Shown: piece after piece, positions 57,781 to 64,000 of the stretch
Layout: every line of letters starts with the position of its first letter
Position numbering within the stretch: position 1 is the stretch's first letter
Assembly: GCA_009692765.1 (NCBI GenBank)
Contig: SHYQ01000001.1
Coordinates: 29,096 to 93,095, forward strand
DNA from: Dehalococcoidia bacterium
GTDB lineage: Bacteria > Chloroflexota > Dehalococcoidia > UBA2979
DNA length: 64,000 bases
Direction of reading: 5' to 3'
Made by a program: the position numbers and the translations under genes
Notes under the pieces: generated by a model
Database searches by the model: none
Told to the model about the DNA's origin: nothing
Seen by the model: only the letters and a program-made list of their open reading frames with translations

Positions 57781-59181
57781 ATGGTGGATGACGAGGATCT
57801 CGCCACCGTGACCTTCGAGGCGCTCGGCGTCCCCCACGACCTCGTGGAGGTGCTGAACGACCGCGGGATCACCGCGCCGTTCCCGATCCAGGTGCTCACC
57901 ATCCCGGAGGCGCTCGCCGGCCGCGACGTCAGCGGCAAGGCGAAGACCGGGTCCGGCAAGACGCTCGCCTTCGGCCTGCCGCTCGTGGAGCGCACGAAGA
58001 CCGCGAAGCGCCGCCGCCCCGCGTCGATCGTCCTCGTCCCCACGCGCGAACTCGCCAACCAGGTCGCCGACGAGATCGCTCCGCTGGCCAAGGCACGCGG
58101 GCTGTGGATCACCGCGATCTACGGCGGCGTCTCCATGTCGCGCCAGATCAACGCGCTGCACCACGGCGTGGACGTGGTGATCGCCACGCCGGGCCGCCTG
58201 AACGACCTGCTGGAGCGCGGTGAGATGTCCGTCGCGGACGTGCAGTTCGTCGTCATCGACGAGGCCGACCAGATGGCCGACATGGGCTTCTTGCCGCAGG
58301 TCGAGCGCATCCTGAAGCAGATCGAGGGCACGCCCCAGACGCTGCTCTTCTCCGCGACGCTGGACGGCGCCGTGGGCGCGCTCGTCCGCAACTACCAGCG
58401 CGATCCGGTCCGCCACGAGGTCGAGTCCGAGACGATGACCGTGGACAGCCTGGAGCAACGTTTCATCGGCGTCACCAGCGAAGACCGGCTCCCCGTGGCG
58501 GCGCGCATCTGCGCGGGCGCCGCGCGCGCGCTTGTCTTCGTGCGCACCACCCACGGCGCCGACCGCGTCGCGAAGCAGCTTGCGGACGAGGGGCTACGGA
58601 CCGCCGCGATCCACGGCCGCCTGTCGCAGGCGAAGCGCGAGGCCGCCCTCGCGGCCTTCTCCGCCGGGCGGACGCCCGTGCTGGTCGCGACCAACGTCGC
58701 GGCGCGCGGGCTGCATGTGTCCGGCATCGACGTCGTCATCCACTTCGACATCCCGGACGATCACAAGACGTACCTCCACCGCTCCGGCCGCACCGCCCGC
58801 GCCGGCGAGGATGGACTGGTCGTGACGCTGGTCCTGCCGGAGCAGATGCGCGACATCGCGATGATCCAGCGCGACGCCGGCCTCGACCTGGCGATCGTGC
58901 CGATGCGGCCGGACGACAACCGGCTGCTGGACCTCGCCGCGTGGGAAGCGCCGGCCGGCTTGGTGTGGCCGACCCGCGGCAGCGTGCAGCAGTCCGGCCC
59001 CGGCCCCCGCGGCCGCAACCAGCGCAGCAGCGCCCCGCCGCGCAACGCCCCCGGCCGCCCGGCCGGACGGGGCGGCGTGCGTGCCGCAAGCCACGGCGAC
59101 CACGAGGGTGCGCGTCCGGCGTCCCGTGGAGCCTCGGACGGACGGCAGGCCGTCGTGTTCGCTCGCCGGCGTCCGTTCTAG
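57781..59181 (+). CDS. DEAD-box ATP-dependent RNA helicase
   Basis: ATG at 57781. Q-motif region, AKTGSGKT, DEAD, SAT, HRSGRTARAG. Arg/Gly-rich C-terminal tail. Confidence 0.9.
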   Translation: MVDDEDLATVTFEALGVPHDLVEVLNDRGITAPFPIQVLTIPEALAGRDVSGKAKTGSGKTLAFGLPLVERTKTAKRRRPASIVLVPTRELANQVADEIAPLAKARGLWITAIYGGVSMSRQINALHHGVDVVIATPGRLNDLLERGEMSVADVQFVVIDEADQMADMGFLPQVERILKQIEGTPQTLLFSATLDGAVGALVRNYQRDPVRHEVESETMTVDSLEQRFIGVTSEDRLPVAARICAGAARALVFVRTTHGADRVAKQLADEGLRTAAIHGRLSQAKREAALAAFSAGRTPVLVATNVAARGLHVSGIDVVIHFDIPDDHKTYLHRSGRTARAGEDGLVVTLVLPEQMRDIAMIQRDAGLDLAIVPMRPDDNRLLDLAAWEAPAGLVWPTRGSVQQSGPGPRGRNQRSSAPPRNAPGRPAGRGGVRAASHGDHEGARPASRGASDGRQAVVFARRRPF

Positions 59182-59277
59182 CATGAGGCGCTGCGCGTAC
59201 GCGCCGAAGCACGACGACAACGCCGCCCGCGAGGGCGGCGTTGTCGCGTGTCGCAGCCGGAGTCGCCGTGCGGTGTG

Positions 59278-60039
59278 CTAGCGGAAGGCGCCGATGATCG
59301 AGACTGCGCCCATGAGCACGAGCAGCCCCATCGACAGCAGCCGGAACCAGGAATCGGACAGCCGCGGGCGAATGTAACGCCCGCCATACAGCGCGATCAC
59401 GACCACCGGCAGTCCCGCCACGGCGTGCGCGAGCGTATCCAGCGTCACGACCCCGCTTCCCGTGGCGAACACCGCGCCGGTGATGCCGGTGAGCGCGAAG
59501 TACGCCAGGAGCCGCCGACGGATCGTCAGCGTCGGCGCGCCGCGCCAGTGCTCGTAGATCACGACCGGCGGGCCGCCCATGCTGGTGGCGCCGCGCATGA
59601 CGCCCGAGAGCACGCCGACGCCGAGGGTGGTGGGGAGATGCTCCGGGCGCTCGGCGGCGGGGTGCGACGTCACGAACGTGCCGATCACGGAGGCGAGAAC
59701 GGCGATGCCGATGCCAACGCGCAGCACTCGCTCGTCCGCGACGGCGAGGACGTACACGCCGATCGGGGTCACCGCCGTGGCCGCCAGGAACATCGGCAGC
59801 ACGCTGCGCAGCGGGGCGCGCGGCGGGTCGTCGAGGTAGAGCACGAGCGAGAGCGCCATGCCGAGGATCATCGATAGCGCGATCGCCTCCCGCGCGCCCA
59901 TCGCCAGCGACAGCAGCGGCGTGAAGATGACGGCGAACCCGAAGCCGACGACCGCCTGCATCAACGCGGCAAACGCGGCGATGACGATGATGATCACGAA
60001 CTCCACATGGCCCTCCTCCGCCAGTCGCGGGCGTGCCAC
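59278..60039 (-). CDS. TauE/SafE-family sulfite exporter-like membrane protein
   Basis: 253 aa, 7-8 TM, internal duplicated halves typical of TauE/SafE. Confidence 0.7.
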   Translation of the reverse strand: MARPRLAEEGHVEFVIIIVIAAFAALMQAVVGFGFAVIFTPLLSLAMGAREAIALSMILGMALSLVLYLDDPPRAPLRSVLPMFLAATAVTPIGVYVLAVADERVLRVGIGIAVLASVIGTFVTSHPAAERPEHLPTTLGVGVLSGVMRGATSMGGPPVVIYEHWRGAPTLTIRRRLLAYFALTGITGAVFATGSGVVTLDTLAHAVAGLPVVVIALYGGRYIRPRLSDSWFRLLSMGLLVLMGAVSIIGAFR

Positions 60040-60064
60040 ATTCTGGCTTCGCCCTGCGCCCTCG

Positions 60065-61297
60065 TCACACCTCGGCGGGCGGCGTCCAGTGTCGCTTGAT
60101 CATCGCGAGGTACGCGGTGAGCGCGATCCCGATGAGGCAGCACGCCGCGATCGTGAAGAACCCGATCGTGAACGACCCCGTGACGTCCTTGATCCACCCA
60201 AGACCCCACGTGGAGGCGAATCCGCCGATGTTCGCGAAGAAGTTCGAGAAGCCGCTGGAAATGCCGGCGCGGCGCGCGCCCAGCAGCTCGATCGGCACGG
60301 CGAAGAGCGGTCCGAAGTAGAACTGCACGAACACCGCGTTCACGCACATCGCCACGATCAGCATCGGCGTGTTGTCGACGAGCACGATCAGCACGCTGGT
60401 CGTCGCGAGCATGGCGAGCGAGAACGCGATGACGCCCAGCGGGTTCGCCAGCCGGTCCGAGACGTAGCCGCCCAGGAAGTTCGACGGCACGCTGAACGCC
60501 GCGCTGAGCGCGAGCAGCAGCCCCGTGGTGTGCAGCGAGAACCCCCGGTCCGCGACGAGCAGCGTGGGCAGCCAGAAGCCGATGCCCAGCGCCACGAAGA
60601 AACGGACGAACTGGATGCCGCCGATCACCCACATCACGCGGTAGCGGAAGAGGCTCAGCGCCTCGCCGACGCTCGCGGCCCGCGCCGCAGCGCGCGGGCG
60701 CTCGCTGGCCAGCCGCCCGTACGCGAGCGCGGCCGCGACGCCGAGGCCCGCGAACAGCATGAACATGGACCGCCAGCCGAACCGCGCCTCAAGCGCCGGC
60801 CCGACGAGGTTCAGGAGGATGTTCGAGGAGAAGCCGCCCACGATGAACAGGCCCATCGCCGTGGCGCGCCGCTGGGGCGGGAACCACGATGCCATGAGCA
60901 CCAGCCCCGGCGCGAACAGCAGCGAGCGGAAGAACCCCGCGGCCCCCTGGTTCAGCAGGAGCAGCGGGTACGAATGGACCAGCGCGAACGTGAACGCCAG
61001 TACGCTGGTCCCCAGCGCGCCGATGAAGAACAGCCGCCGCGGCCCGAACCGATCGACCAGGTAGCCCGCCGGGATCTGCATGAAGGCATAGACGAGCGTG
61101 GCCATCGAGGAAAGCGATCCCCCCTGCGTGAACGTCAGTTCCAACTCGGGGCGAATGCGCGGGAGAAAGAGCGACAGTCCGCCCTGGATCAGCCCCTGGA
61201 ACGCCTGCGAGAGGATGAGCAGGCTGATCGTCAGGATCGCGGCACGCCTCAGTGCAGACGACAGCGGGAGGTCGGGCGGGGCGGAGGCTGATGCCAC
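60065..61297 (-). CDS. MFS transporter
   Basis: 410 aa, 12 TM, with ...VDRFGPRR... loop motif. Confidence 0.8.
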   Translation of the reverse strand: MASASAPPDLPLSSALRRAAILTISLLILSQAFQGLIQGGLSLFLPRIRPELELTFTQGGSLSSMATLVYAFMQIPAGYLVDRFGPRRLFFIGALGTSVLAFTFALVHSYPLLLLNQGAAGFFRSLLFAPGLVLMASWFPPQRRATAMGLFIVGGFSSNILLNLVGPALEARFGWRSMFMLFAGLGVAAALAYGRLASERPRAAARAASVGEALSLFRYRVMWVIGGIQFVRFFVALGIGFWLPTLLVADRGFSLHTTGLLLALSAAFSVPSNFLGGYVSDRLANPLGVIAFSLAMLATTSVLIVLVDNTPMLIVAMCVNAVFVQFYFGPLFAVPIELLGARRAGISSGFSNFFANIGGFASTWGLGWIKDVTGSFTIGFFTIAACCLIGIALTAYLAMIKRHWTPPAEV

Positions 61298-61387
61298 GTT
61301 GCCTCTTACGTCGTGAGGTGTGTGCGAGGGTGTGCAGGGGAGTGACGGCCCGAGCGCGTTGCAGATTGCGGCATCATAGGCGCCGCC

Positions 61388-61894
61388 TTGTGCGCTCGGT
61401 CAAGCCGCGCGCGCATCCGACCGCCGGCCGGGCGCGTACCGTGGGTGTATCGAAAGGCGTGCAGCCATAGCATCTTCGGCGATATCGAGCGACTGCTGGA
61501 CGCGCTGTACCCGTACCGCGTACCGCTCGCGCTCGTCGCACTGCTCGTGACCGCGGGTGCGGGATGGGTGATCGTCCGCCGTGGCGGGCACCGGCCGCTG
61601 CTGCGGCGGATCGGCGCGCACCGCCGCGCAAGCCTCGCCGTCGCCGTGCTCGTGGTCGTTAACGGCTCGGTGATGCGGCTGCGATTCACGCAGCCGGACA
61701 CCCCGCGGCCGTTTCGCGTGCGCCCCACGATCGCCGGCATCCCCGTGCCTTCGCTGGTCGGCCTCGGCGGTGCGCTCGTGCTGTCGGCGTACATGGATCG
61801 CAGCGCGCTCATCGTCGGGGGCGGCGCGCTGATCCTCGGGCTCGCGCTGTCGTTCGTGCTCGTCCAGCGCGACCCTGCCGGAGCGCGCCGCTAG
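61388..61894 (+). pseudogene. probable C-terminal remnant of an APC-family amino-acid permease
   Basis: ...RLRFTQPDTPRPFRVRPTIAGIPVPSLVGLGGALVLSAYM... strongly resembles the conserved C-terminal PFRVP... region of APC permeases. No upstream permease body is present. Confidence 0.35.
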
Positions 61895-63252
61895 CCCTCA
61901 TCGACGACCTCGGGCGCGTGACGGAAGACGATCCGCAGCGCCACAAACCCAAGGACACCCGACGCAATCGACCCGGTGATAACGCCTAGCTTCGAGTCCG
62001 TCAGCATCCCTGCGCTCGCGTACGACAGCTCGGTGACGAAGAGCGCGACCGTGAAGCCGATGCCCGCCACGATGCCCATCGCGACGATGCCGGCCCAGCC
62101 CACGCCGTCCGGGAGCCGGGCGCCGCCGGCGACCGCCAGCCGGATCGCCACGAAGATGCCGATTGGCTTGCCCACCAGCAGGCCGAGGAACACACCGATC
62201 GCCACGGGCGATGTCATTGCGGCGCCCAGCGTCCCCGGATCCAGCGGCACCCCGGAGTTCGTGAGCGCGAACAGCGGCGCGATGCCGAACGCCACGACCG
62301 GCGTCAGGTCGCGGACCAGCCGGTCCAGCGGCGAGACGTGGTCGCGCGTCTGGCGCGCCAGTTCCAGCGCCACTGTGACCTGCTCATCCTCGTCGTCCGG
62401 CGTCTCCTCTGCACGGTGGAAGCGCTCCGTGAGCAGACGCATGCGTTCGGCGAAGCCCTCCTCCGGCCGCCACGCGCGCCACGGTGCGAGCAACCCCAGC
62501 GCGACGCCGAAGATCGTGGGATGCACGCCGGACTCGAGCATCGCCGCCCAGCCGAGGATGCCCAGCACGAAGTACAGCGGGAGGTACCAGACGCCGCTCT
62601 GCCGCAGCACGTAGCACGCGATCAGGATCGTCGCGACCGCCGCCAGCGCCCACGCCTCCAGGTTGGAGGCGTAGAAGACCGCGATCACCACGATGCCGCC
62701 GATGTCGTCGACGATCGCCAGCGCGAGCAGCATCACGCGCAGCCCGAACGGTACCCGCGGTCCCACGAGCGTCAGCACGCCCACGGCGAACGCGATGTCA
62801 GTGGCGACCGGGATGCCCCAGCCATGCGCGCCCTCACCGCCGGCGACGATCGTCGCGAAGATGACCGCCGGCGCGATCATCCCGCCGAGCGCGCCAGCGA
62901 TCGGCACGATCACCCGCCGCAACTCCGACAGCTCGCCGATCATCGCCTCGCGCTTGATCTCCAAGCCGACGACGAAGAAGAAGAAGACCATCAAGACGTC
63001 GTTCACCCAGAAGTGGAACGGCTCGTCGACGGTCCAGAAGCCGAGCGACACCGCGATGTGGTGGTCGCGCAGCGCATGGTAGACGGGGGCCCACGGCGAG
63101 TTCGCCCACGCCAGCGCGAGCAGCGCGCCGGCCAGCAGCACCACGCCGCTGGCGCTCTCCACGGCCATGAACTGGGTGACCGGCCGCACCAGTCGGTCGA
63201 CGCGCGCACGCCGCGCGTGCAGCCGCGAGTGGTGGTGGGTATCGGAAGTCAT
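61891..63252 (-). CDS. nhaA: Na+/H+ antiporter NhaA
   Basis: ...FFFFVVGLEIKRE... and ...VDDIGGIVVIAVFY... NhaA signature helices. 453 aa. Confidence 0.85.
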   Translation of the reverse strand: MTSDTHHHSRLHARRARVDRLVRPVTQFMAVESASGVVLLAGALLALAWANSPWAPVYHALRDHHIAVSLGFWTVDEPFHFWVNDVLMVFFFFVVGLEIKREAMIGELSELRRVIVPIAGALGGMIAPAVIFATIVAGGEGAHGWGIPVATDIAFAVGVLTLVGPRVPFGLRVMLLALAIVDDIGGIVVIAVFYASNLEAWALAAVATILIACYVLRQSGVWYLPLYFVLGILGWAAMLESGVHPTIFGVALGLLAPWRAWRPEEGFAERMRLLTERFHRAEETPDDEDEQVTVALELARQTRDHVSPLDRLVRDLTPVVAFGIAPLFALTNSGVPLDPGTLGAAMTSPVAIGVFLGLLVGKPIGIFVAIRLAVAGGARLPDGVGWAGIVAMGIVAGIGFTVALFVTELSYASAGMLTDSKLGVITGSIASGVLGFVALRIVFRHAPEVVDEG

Positions 63253-63379
63253 CGCGCTCCCTGATCGTCGTCGACGATGGCGGTGATTGTCGCCATCGAG
63301 GTGTTTCTGCGCGATTACACTCCGCCCGCCTTCACCGCGGTCGCGGTGCCCGGACGCTCTGGCGGCTGGCGCCGCCGCG

Positions 63380-63706
63380 TTAGCGGAGCGGCGAGAAGTC
63401 GGTCGGGGTCAGGAAGCGGTTCTCGATGTGGTGCACCAGCGGGCCGTCCGCCTCGGTCGCTGCGCGCGCGGCGTGCCACGCCGGGTCGGCCTGGAACGTG
63501 CCCCACGCGCGCTCGCGGTGAGCCATGCTGTCGAAGGCGACGATGTAGACGAACTCGTCGCTGCGGCCCCCCACCGTGTTCGTCCAGTAGGCCACGCTCT
63601 TGATGCCGTGCTTCTCGAAGAACCCCATCGTGGTGTCCCGAAAGCGCGCCTGGAGCGCCGGCATCTTGCCCGGGTTCACGTAGTAGAGACGCAGTTCGTA
63701 CAGCAT
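63380..63706 (-). CDS. NIPSNAP-family protein
   Basis: ATG at 63706 after a GGAGGA SD. MLYELRLYYVNPGKM... dimeric alpha/beta barrel family. Confidence 0.65.
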   Translation of the reverse strand: MLYELRLYYVNPGKMPALQARFRDTTMGFFEKHGIKSVAYWTNTVGGRSDEFVYIVAFDSMAHRERAWGTFQADPAWHAARAATEADGPLVHHIENRFLTPTDFSPLR

Positions 63707-63825
63707 CGTTCGATCCTCCATGCGCGACACGGCGCGCTTCGTCACGGTACACGCCCCGCCGCATTCGGCAAGGTGTCCCGGGGCGGGGCCCGCCACCCGA
63801 GGGTGGGCACGCCTTGCCGCCTCGC

Positions 63826-63870
63826 TGACGCAGCAACGCCGCCCCATCGGGGCGGCGTTGCTGCGTCAGC
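63826..63870. terminator. perfect 21-bp-stem hairpin (ctgacgcagcaacgccgcccc-atc-ggggcggcgttgctgcgtcag), without a T-tract. Probable factor-independent-like terminator for the right-hand minus-strand gene.
   Basis: Seen directly. Lies between the end of a minus-strand partial gene (stop ~63912) and the NIPSNAP start. Confidence 0.45.
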
Positions 63871-63911
63871 GGCTGTCGCGAGGGGCCGCGGGCGACCCCT
63901 CGGGCCCTGTC

Positions 63912-64000
63912 CTAGCCCACGAAGAGGGGTGCGAGCACCAGCGTCACCGTGGCGAGGAGTTTGATGAGCACGTGGAGCGACGGGCCGGCGGTGTCCTTGA
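63912..64000 (-). CDS. 3' end of a minus-strand membrane-protein gene (partial; ...SLHVLIKLLATVTLVLAPLFVG*)
   Basis: Open hydrophobic frame ending at TAG (~63912-63914) and running off the window edge. Confidence 0.3.
   Translation of the reverse strand, partial: KDTAGPSLHVLIKLLATVTLVLAPLFVG

Overview
High-GC (~70%) bacterial chromosomal window. The Gram-positive-type SOS box, the F420/LLM-type oxidoreductase and a DinB_2/TIGR03083-like protein suggest an actinobacterial or Chloroflexi/Thermomicrobia-like genome. It is densely coding on both strands. Main blocks: (i) an AMP-forming acyl-CoA synthetase and menF; (ii) an SOS mutasome cassette on the minus strand (radical-SAM SplB-like gene, Cheo-type LexA box, imuB, a 94-aa coupled ORF, dnaE2); (iii) a menaquinone operon menD-menH-menB-menA-menC-menE followed by a PHP~hotdog fusion and two tandem duplicated MaoC-like hotdog genes; (iv) a convergent DsbA/FrnE-like thioredoxin-fold gene whose first active-site Cys codon (C-P-W-C) is an in-frame TGA (U-P-W-C), followed by a hairpin, which makes it a selenoprotein candidate; (v) rnd, an alpha-carbonic anhydrase lipoprotein and an M3 oligopeptidase, both interrupted by single frameshifts; (vi) an LLM oxidoreductase, flavin reductase, TetR, typA; (vii) two ABC exporter pairs, including a MacAB-like adaptor/ATPase/permease; (viii) an archaeal-type four-gene end-resection operon nurA-herA-sbcD(mre11)-sbcC(rad50) with a palindrome at its 5' end; (ix) assorted transporters (MFS x2, DMT, TauE, NhaA), a DEAD-box helicase and an OafA-type acyltransferase-SGNH protein with a 9-bp in-frame tandem repeat. 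No rRNA, tRNA, CRISPR or obvious IS/transposase genes were found. At least three, possibly five, conserved genes carry frameshifts, so assembly indels must be considered. Hand-counted base positions may be off by 1-2 nt; ORF boundaries follow the supplied track where possible.
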